Of a stretch of 64,000 bases of DNA, positions 1 through 10,072 are shown piece by piece. The notes beneath the pieces were generated by a model. It saw only the letters and a list, made by a program, of their open reading frames with translations. It did not search any database and was not told the DNA's origin. The position numbers and the translations under genes are program-made. Each line of letters starts with the position of its first letter. Position 1 is the stretch's first letter. The stretch covers positions 256,001-320,000 of the forward strand of contig CAVWVI010000003.1 in NCBI GenBank assembly GCA_963758495.1. The letters run 5' to 3'. Origin of the DNA: Oligoflexia bacterium (GTDB lineage: Bacteria > Bdellovibrionota > UBA1018).

Positions 1-89
1 GTTGTTGATTGCTTACGACCACAAGCAGACAAATAAAGCTGACTCACAATTAAAACAAGAGCAGCACTTCTGCTAAACACTTTAAACAC
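1..89 (-). CDS. Lipoprotein, N-terminal part (continues off the window)
   Basis: GTG start with GAGG RBS; translates MFKVFSRSAALVLIVSQLYLSACGRKQST with lipobox LSAC; not in ORF track. Confidence 0.7.
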   Translation of the reverse strand, partial: MFKVFSRSAALVLIVSQLYLSACGRKQST

Positions 90-226
90 GACTACCTCTT
101 TCAAAGAATTAAATGAGGCTCAAAAACTTAGCAAAGCGTTCAGCTATTATCAAGTAAAATATTTTTAATAATAATTCGAATAATAATTCGGCTGCCATGA
201 GCTTTAGCGTGATTTTTGCTTGGATT

Positions 227-1297
227 TCACTCGCCCGACAGCACCTCAAAAAAATCCAATGAACTTTGAATTTCCTCAGGAGATACCGTGGCTGTACCTC
301 TCTTTCCCACTTCAATCCCTGCTGCTAAATTACCCAAAACAGAGGCTTCCTCGATTGAAGCTCCCGCGACAAGTGAAAGCATCAGTACTGAAATCACAGT
401 ATCACCTGCCCCAGAAACATCATAAACTTCTCGAGCATATGTGGGGATGATCCGCACTTCGGAATTTCCCTTACTAAAGATGGCCATTCCATCTTTTCCA
501 CGAGTAATCACGATATGTTCCGAATGAGTGGCCTTCAGTAATTTGAATCCAGATTTTAACAAAGATGCATGGTCTCGTATCATGATGCCGGAAAGATGCT
601 CTGCTTCCTTTGTATTAGGCGTAAGAACTGTAGCACCTTGATAGTACTCTACCGGAGTTTTTATATTAGGATCAATTGCAACCTTCTTACCCGCTCGTTT
701 TGCCATTCCTAAAATGGACTTGAGCATGTTCTCCGAGATCAGCCCTTTTGCATAATCTTCGATCACCACTCCATCCACTTTTGCGATTTGTTTTTTAAAT
801 AGGGCGAGCACTCGGTTTTCGATCTTCTGATCTATCTTATGGAGACTTTCATAATCGACTCGAACTAACTGCTGTCGCTCACTCACTACCCGCTCTTTCA
901 GGACGGTCCTACGTGACCCATCCACCACGAGATGAGTGCTTTGAATATGATTGGATTTTAAAAGGGATCGAAGATCTTCCGCTCCTCGATCTTTTCCGAC
1001 CACTCCTAAGAGAATTGGAATTGCACCTAAGGCTTGAATATTATCCGCCACATTTGCTGCAAGACCTAACTTCAATTTTTCTTCCACAACTAAAACAATA
1101 GGAACAGGGGCTTCTGGGGAAATACGCTCAACGGTTCCAATCGTGTATCGATCGATTCCAATGTCTCCCACTACAAAAATTTTTTTATTTTTATGCCGGG
1201 CAAGAATACCCCTCAAGACATCCTTGTTCCACATAGATTGCTGAATCTCATGACCTTGTATTGGAGCGCTTTTTACTTTCTTTGCCATCACGATCAC
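227..1297 (-). CDS. rfaE1: D-glycero-beta-D-manno-heptose-7-phosphate kinase (PfkB family, HldE kinase domain)
   Basis: ERISPEAPVP, LTPNTKEA, VYDVSGAGDTV motifs. Confidence 0.93.
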   Translation of the reverse strand: MIVMAKKVKSAPIQGHEIQQSMWNKDVLRGILARHKNKKIFVVGDIGIDRYTIGTVERISPEAPVPIVLVVEEKLKLGLAANVADNIQALGAIPILLGVVGKDRGAEDLRSLLKSNHIQSTHLVVDGSRRTVLKERVVSERQQLVRVDYESLHKIDQKIENRVLALFKKQIAKVDGVVIEDYAKGLISENMLKSILGMAKRAGKKVAIDPNIKTPVEYYQGATVLTPNTKEAEHLSGIMIRDHASLLKSGFKLLKATHSEHIVITRGKDGMAIFSKGNSEVRIIPTYAREVYDVSGAGDTVISVLMLSLVAGASIEEASVLGNLAAGIEVGKRGTATVSPEEIQSSLDFFEVLSGE

Positions 1298-2452
1298 CTA
1301 TTTTTGTTCGGTTGAGAAAAATGCTAGATGCTTATCAACTTCTTTTAAAGCTTGTTTAACTGTAAGGCCTTTCATACAGGGATAATAATTGCACAGGCTT
1401 CCGATACAATTAAAATCCTGCCCACAGTACACATCCGGAACCAGAACGCTTGCCTTAGATTCATCAGATAAGTACGGTCCCCATCTCAAAGCACTTTGAA
1501 CTCGAATAGGAGGATAAAAGGTCAATACTCTTTTACCTAATGCAACGGCGACATGAAGAGGACCAGTACTTGGAGCCACTACCAGATCGGAAAAACTGTA
1601 CAGTCCCGCCAAAAAATCAATCGCGTCACCATTCGGCTTTGCAATGTTTCGATAGGAAAAAACTTTTCCTTTTAATGCCCCTAACGCTTCTTCAATTCGA
1701 TCGACTAAAGGTCCTTCTGAAGGACCCGCAGTAATCAATACTTGGCGTCCATCTTCAATCAATTTTCGAATGAGTTCTTGATAATGAGACTCTGGCCAAT
1801 TTAATGCCGAGCCACCCATTCCAGGATGGACCACTACCAACGGCTTTTTAGAATCCCAACCCAGATTTTTTAACCAATCTTGAGCTGCTTTTTTAGAAGC
1901 CTCGGGAACATCGATGTGAGTCGGAACATTTCTAGCTCCTACTCGAATCCCCATTTTTCTGAGAAGCTGAAGGTTATAATCGGCTTCATGCATTTCTACT
2001 TGAGACCGATGCTGTCGCACTCCGGTATTATAAAAAAGGTAAGAATGAAATTTACTTAAAGGTCCAATTCTATATCGAATTCTTGCAAGGAAAAGGATCA
2101 TCGCAATTTTCCAATGACTTTGGAGCACTACTGCAATCAAAAACCGAAACTGCCGAATTTCTTTATATAGTCTAAAAAATCCCTTAATTCCTGCATGCTT
2201 TCCTTCTGGATCAAAAATCATGAGTTGATCCACGGAGGAAAGTCCTTTTAACAGAGGTTCAACATTTTTTTTTACAAGAACAGTCAGCTGAGACATGGAA
2301 TAGTGACGCTTAATTGAGTCCAATACCGGGGTCGATAAAACAACGTCTCCTAAGCGGTCGGGCCTGACTACTAATATTCGCAACGGCTCCCGTGCTAAAC
2401 TCGTCAAATTAGCTGAAGAAGTCTCTAAATTTTCCCTTTGCAACTCCGCCAT
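1298..2452 (-). CDS. Glycosyltransferase family 9 (LPS heptosyltransferase)
   Basis: RPDRLGDVVLSTP, HPGMGGSALNWP, STGPLHVAVALG. Confidence 0.9.
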   Translation of the reverse strand: MAELQRENLETSSANLTSLAREPLRILVVRPDRLGDVVLSTPVLDSIKRHYSMSQLTVLVKKNVEPLLKGLSSVDQLMIFDPEGKHAGIKGFFRLYKEIRQFRFLIAVVLQSHWKIAMILFLARIRYRIGPLSKFHSYLFYNTGVRQHRSQVEMHEADYNLQLLRKMGIRVGARNVPTHIDVPEASKKAAQDWLKNLGWDSKKPLVVVHPGMGGSALNWPESHYQELIRKLIEDGRQVLITAGPSEGPLVDRIEEALGALKGKVFSYRNIAKPNGDAIDFLAGLYSFSDLVVAPSTGPLHVAVALGKRVLTFYPPIRVQSALRWGPYLSDESKASVLVPDVYCGQDFNCIGSLCNYYPCMKGLTVKQALKEVDKHLAFFSTEQK

Positions 2453-2459
2453 GCAACCC

Positions 2460-3233
2460 CTATTTTAATTTTAACCGACTTCTTGCATTAAACTCCATAG
2501 ATTTTACAACTTCATCTAAAGTCATTTCACTTGTGTCTATTTCAATAGCATCGAGTGCTTTTTTAAGAGGAGCAACAGCTCGAGTAGAATCCCCATGATC
2601 CCTCTGAGCAATTTGAGCCTTGATTTCCTCAAAGGATGGGGCATCAGCTCCAGAAGCTTCCATTTCAATCAACCGTCGTTTGGCTCGTTCATCAACACTC
2701 GCAAATAGAAAAAATTTTACATCAGCATCTGGAAATATCACTGTGCCGATATCTCGACCCTCAAGAATGGCTCGTCCTGCACATCCCAATCGCCGCTGTA
2801 TTCCTAAAAGCGCAGCACGAACTGTAGGTATTGCAGAAATTCGAGATGAAACCATGGACACCTCAGGTGTACGAATAAAATCAGTCAAATCTCGACCATC
2901 CGCAAAAATTCGATTCGCTGGATTTTTATCAGAAAACCTTCGAAACTCCAAATGCACTGAATGGGCAAGCTCTGCAGCGCTCCTTGCCTCTTCTTGAAAA
3001 TTTTTATTTGGAGAATTCTTATTGGGTGAAGCCTTATTTTGAGAAGTTAAATGCGCAAGCTTTTCTAAAGTAAGAAATGCAATCGCTCGGTAAAGCGCTC
3101 CGGTATCTACATGAATAAAATTTAATACTTCCGCAAGGCGATGGGTGGCGGAACTTTTCCCTGTACCTGCCGGCCCGTCAATCGCAATGACAGGACCTTG
3201 CTTGGGAATTCCCATAATAAACTCCTCTGTCAT
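2460..3233 (-). CDS. cmk: Cytidylate kinase
   Basis: IAIDGPAGTGKS, DTGALYR, EGRDIGTVIFPDA, RDHGDSTRAVAPL. Confidence 0.96.
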   Translation of the reverse strand: MTEEFIMGIPKQGPVIAIDGPAGTGKSSATHRLAEVLNFIHVDTGALYRAIAFLTLEKLAHLTSQNKASPNKNSPNKNFQEEARSAAELAHSVHLEFRRFSDKNPANRIFADGRDLTDFIRTPEVSMVSSRISAIPTVRAALLGIQRRLGCAGRAILEGRDIGTVIFPDADVKFFLFASVDERAKRRLIEMEASGADAPSFEEIKAQIAQRDHGDSTRAVAPLKKALDAIEIDTSEMTLDEVVKSMEFNARSRLKLK

Positions 3234-4378
3234 CTTTTCTTTCTGGGAGAAAAAGTCTTTGAATGAAGACTTAAAATTTCCGCAGCTCGCTCATTTTCAT
3301 CTGGTGTGCCAATACTAATGCGCAAAGCTTGGGGTAGTCCGTAATTTGCTATAGGACGAAAAATGACCCCTTTTTTCAGGCACGCTTGATAAATCTCGAT
3401 CCCTGATTGTCCAAAACCCGCTTGTACATCCGCTAATATAAAATTACCCTGACTTTTCCAAAAGGGCACACTCATCTTCATGAGCTGTTTTTCCCAAAAC
3501 TGAATCCCCCGTTGATTGACTTGTCTTGCTTTTTTTACAAAGGTGGTATCAGATAAAGCAGCTTCAGCGGCAACCAGCGCTAAAGAATTAATATTAAACG
3601 GCTGCCTGACCTTTTCCATTTGAGAAATGACCTCAGACTTAGAAATGCCATAACCGATACGTAATCCTGCTAAACCATAGACTTTTGAAAAAGTTCTCAA
3701 AATAATGCATTGAGGATAGTCTTTAAGAAGCTCGAGGGGATCTGGTAGATCAGATGCCGTTACGTATTCCCAGTAGGCATAGTCCAGCACCACCAAAGTC
3801 GAGCCATTTCGAATGGAAGCTAAAGCCTTAAGTAACGATTTAAGTTCATCGGATTTTAGGTAAGTTCCTGTCGGATTATTGGGATTTGCAATAAAAACGA
3901 CTCGAGCTTTCTCGTTTTTCTTCACTAATTCAACAATCTCTTTTACATCAAACTTTAATTGTGAATCCAATCGTGCTTCCAAAGTTTTAACACCGTGAAT
4001 TTGTGCACTGATTTTGTATGCAATGAAAGCAGCCTGAGATGTGACAATTGCGTCCCCAGGAACACAATAGGTTCGGATGATAAGCTCCACCACCTCATTG
4101 GAACCATTCCCAAATATGAACGATTCCGGCGAAACTTTGTGACTTTTTGAAAGCGCATTTTTAAGTCGAAAACCAGCGCCATCGGGATATCGATGTAATG
4201 TTTTTAAATGACTTTGTATCGCTTTCTTAGCCAACACACTCGGTCCCAAAGGATTTTCATTGGAAGCAAGTTTAATGACTTTTTTAATCTTGTATTCCCT
4301 TTGAGTTTCCTCAATGGGCTTACCCGGAACATAGGGAACTAAACTGCGAATATAATCTGGCACCTGAAACATCGTCAT
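3230..4378 (-). CDS. hisC: Histidinol-phosphate aminotransferase
   Basis: KLASNENPLG, GNGSNE, NPNNPTG, RTFSKVYGLAGLRIGY. Confidence 0.95.
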   Translation of the reverse strand: MTMFQVPDYIRSLVPYVPGKPIEETQREYKIKKVIKLASNENPLGPSVLAKKAIQSHLKTLHRYPDGAGFRLKNALSKSHKVSPESFIFGNGSNEVVELIIRTYCVPGDAIVTSQAAFIAYKISAQIHGVKTLEARLDSQLKFDVKEIVELVKKNEKARVVFIANPNNPTGTYLKSDELKSLLKALASIRNGSTLVVLDYAYWEYVTASDLPDPLELLKDYPQCIILRTFSKVYGLAGLRIGYGISKSEVISQMEKVRQPFNINSLALVAAEAALSDTTFVKKARQVNQRGIQFWEKQLMKMSVPFWKSQGNFILADVQAGFGQSGIEIYQACLKKGVIFRPIANYGLPQALRISIGTPDENERAAEILSLHSKTFSPRKKR

Positions 4379-4420
4379 TAAAATACCCTCTCAACTGAAA
4401 AGAATCGTGAAAACACTACA

Positions 4421-5104
4421 TCATGGGATCTTATTTGGCGCAAGTCCACTCGTAGCCCGTAAAAATCTCTGGCAAGATTCACATTTGCCACATGGAGCTG
4501 CATTTCCATAATAACAACTCCAAACACTTTCAAATGGAAACCGCTTGGATACTCCTGCCAGTTTCTCCACGATCTCTTTCTTATTCAATGAGGAAGTATA
4601 AGAAAAAGCACGCACTTGGTTTGCCGTAGATAAAGCTAATGCTGCTGTCACTCGATTTAAGTATTCAATGGAATTATCGGGAAAGGTTGCAGCTTCTTCA
4701 ATATTAAAACCCACCACTACTTGTTCTGCCTTCATTCTCTCTGCATATGCGGCTGCTACATGAAGGAGGATCCCATTTCGATTCGGCACCCAAACGGAAC
4801 GTGCTGACTCTTCGGTAATGAGCTGATCATCCAACTGATTCCGTTCCAATTGAGGTATAGCAACGGCCGATTGGGTCAGAGAGCTTCCTCCTAATTCACC
4901 TAGCCAAGGTAAATCCACAATCTGGTGAGGTACATTATAGTATTGCGAAAAAGACTTTGCCGCTTCCACTTCCTTATGGGAGGCTCTTTGGCCATAACGG
5001 GCTGTAATTGTTAGAATGGGCTGATCTAACTCCGCACACAATGCAAGATTAGCCGCTGAATCCAAGCCACCGGATAAGAGTAAAACTGATTTCTTACGCC
5101 TCAT
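4421..5104 (-). CDS. queC: 7-cyano-7-deazaguanine synthase
   Basis: SGGLDS, VWVPNRN, CGKCESC zinc motif. Confidence 0.93.
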   Translation of the reverse strand: MRRKKSVLLLSGGLDSAANLALCAELDQPILTITARYGQRASHKEVEAAKSFSQYYNVPHQIVDLPWLGELGGSSLTQSAVAIPQLERNQLDDQLITEESARSVWVPNRNGILLHVAAAYAERMKAEQVVVGFNIEEAATFPDNSIEYLNRVTAALALSTANQVRAFSYTSSLNKKEIVEKLAGVSKRFPFESVWSCYYGNAAPCGKCESCQRFLRATSGLAPNKIP

Positions 5105-5819
5105 TAGAAATCCGTACCTTTTTATGCCGGTAAAACCGAATACCGAGCATGGTATTACGAATGGATTGGAAATACTTCTTCATTTCCTTTCCAGGGATCA
5201 ACTTTCGAGAGAGAAGAGCATTCATTTTCGTGGGACCCATATTATAAGCTGCAAGCACATAACAGGGAGATAATCCCTTATATCCATCCCTAATCCAAGC
5301 CAGATAGGAAATCCCAATAGAAGTATTGAGAAATGGATCCATCAACATTTGAGAACTCAATGGATAACCTTGATATCTTTTGTGAATCCCTTTGCAAATA
5401 AGCTCTTCGCAAACCGAATATTGAGCGCCTAGATCATGCATGACGTAATGAGCGGTACCGAGCATCACTTGCATGAGACCTATAGCTCCCACGGATGAAA
5501 CCGCTTTTACATGAAAGCCACTTTCAACTTCAATCAAAGAGAGAATAAAAATCGGATCAAATCGATAACGTTTACAAAGTGAAATAATATGCCGTGATAA
5601 TAAAGGAATTTGAGACTGAGGAAGGGAATCTAAGCGATCCGCCAAAATTTCGCTTACCCCTTCTTCCGAAATCAGGCGATACACCTGAGTTCTCGGTGAA
5701 TGGGCAAGAGTAAAACTAAAATCATCAGTAGGGTCGGCTTCTGTTACGCTTGCAGATACCGAGAGGAAAATCGCTCCCACAGCGACTGCCCATCCCAAAG
5801 TCAAGTTAATGTACTTCAT
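5094..5819 (-). CDS. Lytic transglycosylase (SLT domain), exported
   Basis: IEVESGF, GAIGLMQVM, AAYNMGP; N-terminal hydrophobic segment. Confidence 0.9.
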   Translation of the reverse strand: MKYINLTLGWAVAVGAIFLSVSASVTEADPTDDFSFTLAHSPRTQVYRLISEEGVSEILADRLDSLPQSQIPLLSRHIISLCKRYRFDPIFILSLIEVESGFHVKAVSSVGAIGLMQVMLGTAHYVMHDLGAQYSVCEELICKGIHKRYQGYPLSSQMLMDPFLNTSIGISYLAWIRDGYKGLSPCYVLAAYNMGPTKMNALLSRKLIPGKEMKKYFQSIRNTMLGIRFYRHKKVRISNEA

Positions 5820-5925
5820 AATGACTCAGAGTATAATGCCCGACTCTGAGCGAGGTGTAAAGCCTCTTTCGCTATGCGTCTAAAACTACAGAGAATCTAA
5901 CGATACAACTCATCTAGTTTAGATT

Positions 5926-6399
5926 TTAAAACTGCAAAGGCTCATTTTCAAGAATGAGGGACATTTGATAAGCATCTTCTCCATTTCCATAAAATCTCTT
6001 ACGAATGTGGGTGATTACAAATCCGAGTCCTTGGTAAAGATGAATTGCCGGCGAATTCGATTTTCTCACTTCTAAAACAACTTTCTTAATCCCGTGTTGC
6101 ATAGCTAAAGAAGAGGCTTTTCTAATCAATTGCTTTGCCAACCCTAATCTTCGATACGACTCATCAATAGCTAGATTTAAAATCTGACATTCTTCAAACA
6201 TGGACCAGAAAATAATAAAACCAGCAACAATCGAATCGGTTTCATCATCCGTAAATATAAGAAAATGACTGTAAGGCTTAAACAACTCCGCCTTAAAATT
6301 TTCTTCAGCCCAAGGTGAAATATTCGACCTTTTTTCGATTTCTACAATTTTGAGTAAATCATCCACTGTCGCCGGTCTTAGGCTAAAATCAGTTTCCAT
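5926..6399 (-). CDS. rimI: Ribosomal protein S18 alanine N-acetyltransferase
   Basis: LEVRKSNSPAIHLY, RKRFYGNGEDA. Confidence 0.92.
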   Translation of the reverse strand: METDFSLRPATVDDLLKIVEIEKRSNISPWAEENFKAELFKPYSHFLIFTDDETDSIVAGFIIFWSMFEECQILNLAIDESYRRLGLAKQLIRKASSLAMQHGIKKVVLEVRKSNSPAIHLYQGLGFVITHIRKRFYGNGEDAYQMSLILENEPLQF

Positions 6400-6402
6400 A
6401 AT

Positions 6403-8031
6403 TTATCTAAATACTCCTTGGCACAAGAAATCCCAAGTCTTAACTGCAACATTCGCGGGGGATATATCTGTTTTTATCTCTTCCGAAGCAATCAGATATT
6501 GACTCACTTCAGAGCTTTCATGAGTATCATTTGACGTGTCGCGGATTGCGTCCTCTTTTGGCGTAAATAAATGGGCCAATCGGATCTCACGCGACCAATT
6601 CCCTAGAAGTTCCGCACCCATAATAGTCCAATCGATGTTTACTGCTATTGACTTTAAAAGAGGTGGGCTTAATGGATTAGCAACAGAGCGGGAACGGACT
6701 TCGTCTCGATATTCAGCTCGGGGTGTTACCCCCCCATAATGGCCTATTATCTTTGGAACCACAACATGCTCTACCTTTTCAATCCAAGTCTCCTGCCGGA
6801 AAGTCTGAGGAGGAATCTCTAACCAGTAAAGATTCACCCACTGAGAAGGCGGTAAACTACAATGAGGTACATCGATTCCACGCTTTGCCCGCCACTTTAA
6901 AGTGAGAGTTTCTTTAGGGTGGAAAGGAATCCCTATCCATTGATCTAAAATCAATGGATGGCTTTCGCCCTGTTTATCTTCATGCTCTACTTCAAGGGTG
7001 CTGATTTGAAACCCTCCCGTAGAATGATAATATTTTGGTTCTCCCCTCTCAGGAGGATGATTACTTCTCTCCAAATAAGTGGGTGTCATGATCCCTGTGA
7101 CTAAACGAAGAGGAAGAGAGGGGGTCTTGGCTCTCAACCAAAGAGTGAAGGGTCGAGTCGTCGGATTCGATATTTTTTCTTCTAATACAATCCAACCTTC
7201 ATTTGAAGCCGCCTTAACGAAGCTCTTTGAATCAGGAAGCTTTTCTGGCTCTGAAATTTTAGATTTAATTTTAGGCAAGGCTCCGGAAACTTGAAACTTA
7301 ATCTGAACCACAACATTTGGGCCCTTTTCTAAAACTAATTCTAAAACCACCTCTTGTGTGTGTTGTCCATCTATATTCATTTCTTCATAGCCTTTTAAAT
7401 TTCTAAAAAGCTCAGAGATTTGAATAAACCATCTATGAGCCTCTCGATCATGCCCCACCAGTAAGGGGCCTTGACTCTGCACAAGCTGATTTTGAGTATT
7501 TAAAATACGGTGGTAAAATGTAGCAGAAACAATCGGCGCTCCCAGAAAGTTCTCTGACCATACAAAGAACTGCTCTAAATTTCGCTGAGAACCAGGTAAT
7601 TCTGAATCAGGAAGAAAAAATTTCTTATGAAAAATGATCTCATTCCCCACTTGGGTACAAAACTCCTGCGCCACCTCTTCTTCTAGTTTTGCGTGAGGAT
7701 CAGGACGACGAGGATCACTTTTATCACTCATTTCGGAAATCACACGCAAGCCTAAAGCCTCAGCTAACTTTGTCGGTAGTTGGCTTTTCTCTGAATTTTC
7801 TTCGGAATCATCGGTTGAACTGCCCTTCTCGCTGTGCTGCGAAACCGTGATCTCAGGCGAAGGGGCGTCCAAGAAGGGACGAGCGGGGCCACATCCATAA
7901 TTCTGAACCATCCAGAAAATCACAATTCCTACGGATATATCGTACCCGCCATTGAATATCCAAACCGCCCAAAATTTTTCCTTTGTAAATCTCTTTTCCA
8001 TAAATCTTTTTTCCCAAGCCTCTCTTTGCAT
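6403..8031 (-). CDS. Hypothetical exported protein or lipoprotein
   Basis: Long ORF; hydrophobic stretch ending YGC then a low-complexity linker; start uncertain. Confidence 0.75.
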   Translation of the reverse strand: MQREAWEKRFMEKRFTKEKFWAVWIFNGGYDISVGIVIFWMVQNYGCGPARPFLDAPSPEITVSQHSEKGSSTDDSEENSEKSQLPTKLAEALGLRVISEMSDKSDPRRPDPHAKLEEEVAQEFCTQVGNEIIFHKKFFLPDSELPGSQRNLEQFFVWSENFLGAPIVSATFYHRILNTQNQLVQSQGPLLVGHDREAHRWFIQISELFRNLKGYEEMNIDGQHTQEVVLELVLEKGPNVVVQIKFQVSGALPKIKSKISEPEKLPDSKSFVKAASNEGWIVLEEKISNPTTRPFTLWLRAKTPSLPLRLVTGIMTPTYLERSNHPPERGEPKYYHSTGGFQISTLEVEHEDKQGESHPLILDQWIGIPFHPKETLTLKWRAKRGIDVPHCSLPPSQWVNLYWLEIPPQTFRQETWIEKVEHVVVPKIIGHYGGVTPRAEYRDEVRSRSVANPLSPPLLKSIAVNIDWTIMGAELLGNWSREIRLAHLFTPKEDAIRDTSNDTHESSEVSQYLIASEEIKTDISPANVAVKTWDFLCQGVFR

Positions 8032-8216
8032 TATTTTGAATAATTAACGCTGTCAGCCATAAAGCAAATTCAAAGCCAATGAAAAAATTAAAGTCAAAGC
8101 TCAATGATATGAGTAACGTAAGATATACTGATGTTCGGTTAGCTTGGATTTACTTGAGAATACAGGCTCACTTTTGAACCGTTTAGACTATATAGTAAAC
8201 CAAGGAGGTAGCTACC

Positions 8217-9668
8217 TTGCTAGCACCAACGCAACGTCCTCTTAAAAACCTCAGAACGATTTTTGACGTCCTTTATGGGTTTATTCCCATTACCGAGTGG
8301 GAAGAGGAAATCATAAACTCTCCTTTCTTCCAACGCCTCAGATGGATTAAACAATTGGGCTTTGCCAACTACGTATTTCCAGGAGCTGAACATAATCGGT
8401 TTGCACACGTCATTGGCGTGATGCATTCAATGGATCAAATGATTCGAGCACTTGGATTAGCAGTTCCAGATAGTGAGCTCTTTGATCCACGAGCTAAAAA
8501 TGAAGCCGCGATGTTTCATAAGAGTTTACGAATTGCTGCACTACTGCATGATATTGGCACGTTTCCCTTCAGTCACGCTATTGAATATGCTTATATGCGA
8601 CATGGAAATGATAAACGACGATCTGGCAGCGCATCAAAGAATCTTCCAAATACTCATGAGCATTTAGGCTCTTTTATTATTAAGAACACAAACTACCCAG
8701 GAGGCTTGACTCGAATCCTCGATCATTATGGATTTGATGTACAAATGATCTCCAAGATTATTAAAGGAGAATCTCCCCATCCCATCGCAAACCAGCTCAT
8801 GCATTCCGATCTCGATGCAGATCGAATGGATTACTTAATGAGAGATGCTCATTATACAGGTATTAAATATGGCCAGTTCGATCGAGAATACATATTGGCT
8901 AACTTAGTGACCTATGATGCCGGTCAATCTCAATTAGCATTCGGTGTCCGAGAAAATGCAATCCATGCTGTAGAGGATTTTCTGATAGCGCGGTTCAGTT
9001 GGTATAGCCAAATTATTAAAAACCCTGGCTCTGCAAAATTTGATATCATATCTTCTCACGTCGCACAGGCATTTCTAGAACATGACTTCCTTCATCAGTT
9101 TCATGATTTATTAACCATGATTGAAAACGGAGATGAACGTTTTTACTGGTGGAATGATATTTATTTCATGACCCGATGTCAGGACGTCAAATTTCAAAAC
9201 CTGATTAAAGACCCTCAAACTCGGGAATTAACTTCCATGCTTCTCTATCGCATTCCGCCTAAAACAGTGCACCACCCTCTCTTTGCCCATAGAATTTTAG
9301 CTGTGGAAGAACAGGAAAATGAAAAGAAAAAGCTCATTACAAAAATTAAATCATTTGTAGGAGAACTCGAAGCGGTACTCCAAAAATATGGGACAGGTAA
9401 AGAATGGCTGTTTGCCGATATTCCTGACAAAGATGTCTTATTTACGAGAGGGTTTAGACATATTGTGAAAAAACGCTCTACAGACAATTTATATCGTGAG
9501 CGCGACCCTATTAAGGTAGTCTCTAAACAAGGAAAGCCTTCTCTCCTTGTTGAACGGGACAATACACTCATGAAGCACTTATCTGGCTTCATCAATTTCA
9601 TACCCAGTGTGTATGCAAATGATGCTGCAATTGCTCTTTTGCGTTCACGAGGTTTAATTGAGAAGTAA
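8217..9668 (+). CDS. HD-superfamily phosphohydrolase (COG1078/SAMHD1-like)
   Basis: FQRLRWIKQLG, HNRFAH, LLHDIG, DADRMDYL; TTG start with AAGGAGG RBS. Confidence 0.92.
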   Translation: MLAPTQRPLKNLRTIFDVLYGFIPITEWEEEIINSPFFQRLRWIKQLGFANYVFPGAEHNRFAHVIGVMHSMDQMIRALGLAVPDSELFDPRAKNEAAMFHKSLRIAALLHDIGTFPFSHAIEYAYMRHGNDKRRSGSASKNLPNTHEHLGSFIIKNTNYPGGLTRILDHYGFDVQMISKIIKGESPHPIANQLMHSDLDADRMDYLMRDAHYTGIKYGQFDREYILANLVTYDAGQSQLAFGVRENAIHAVEDFLIARFSWYSQIIKNPGSAKFDIISSHVAQAFLEHDFLHQFHDLLTMIENGDERFYWWNDIYFMTRCQDVKFQNLIKDPQTRELTSMLLYRIPPKTVHHPLFAHRILAVEEQENEKKKLITKIKSFVGELEAVLQKYGTGKEWLFADIPDKDVLFTRGFRHIVKKRSTDNLYRERDPIKVVSKQGKPSLLVERDNTLMKHLSGFINFIPSVYANDAAIALLRSRGLIEK

Positions 9669-9773
9669 GAATTCCAATTAATTGAAGTGAAGGAACGGAG
9701 GTTCATTTGATATTTTGAGACATCTCCAAACTCCAAATGCGATACCCGTTATTCATGCTTAATGGTTTTCCAG

Positions 9774-9914
9774 CTACCTCAAACTGGGTACATGTTTTTC
9801 CATTTTCTTCTGACTGAAAATTTGAATTGCGGAGAGTTGATTATGAACGGAGCAGCGAAGGGTGCAGTTTGAAAGTTCATTTTTTCCACCTAATGCTAAG
9901 GGTTGTTGATTCAT
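9774..9914 (-). pseudogene. C-terminal remnant of a Bdellovibrio-type HNH endonuclease gene
   Basis: Hand translation MNQQPLALGGKNELSNCTLRCSVHNQLSAIQIFSQKKMEKHVPSLR matches the HNH tail P-x-A-x-GG...N...C-x-x-HN. Confidence 0.7.
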
Positions 9915-10072
9915 GATGTAAAGAGCAATTTTACGCTGTTAATATTAAGTTTAGAATCTGCCACTGGTTAAGCAAAATTAAACGATAGTATTTTTTCTAA
10001 CAAAAAATTCAAAAAATAGCTCAAGTCTCTAACTTACTTTTCCATGGATAAATAAAGCAGGGTGTCTTGTCA

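Noticed and set aside
9245..9736. 163-aa antisense ORF and the other short ORFs overlapping assigned genes (e.g. 2620-2997, 45435-45962, 53321-53668)
   Set aside because: Shadow frames of well-supported genes with no motifs
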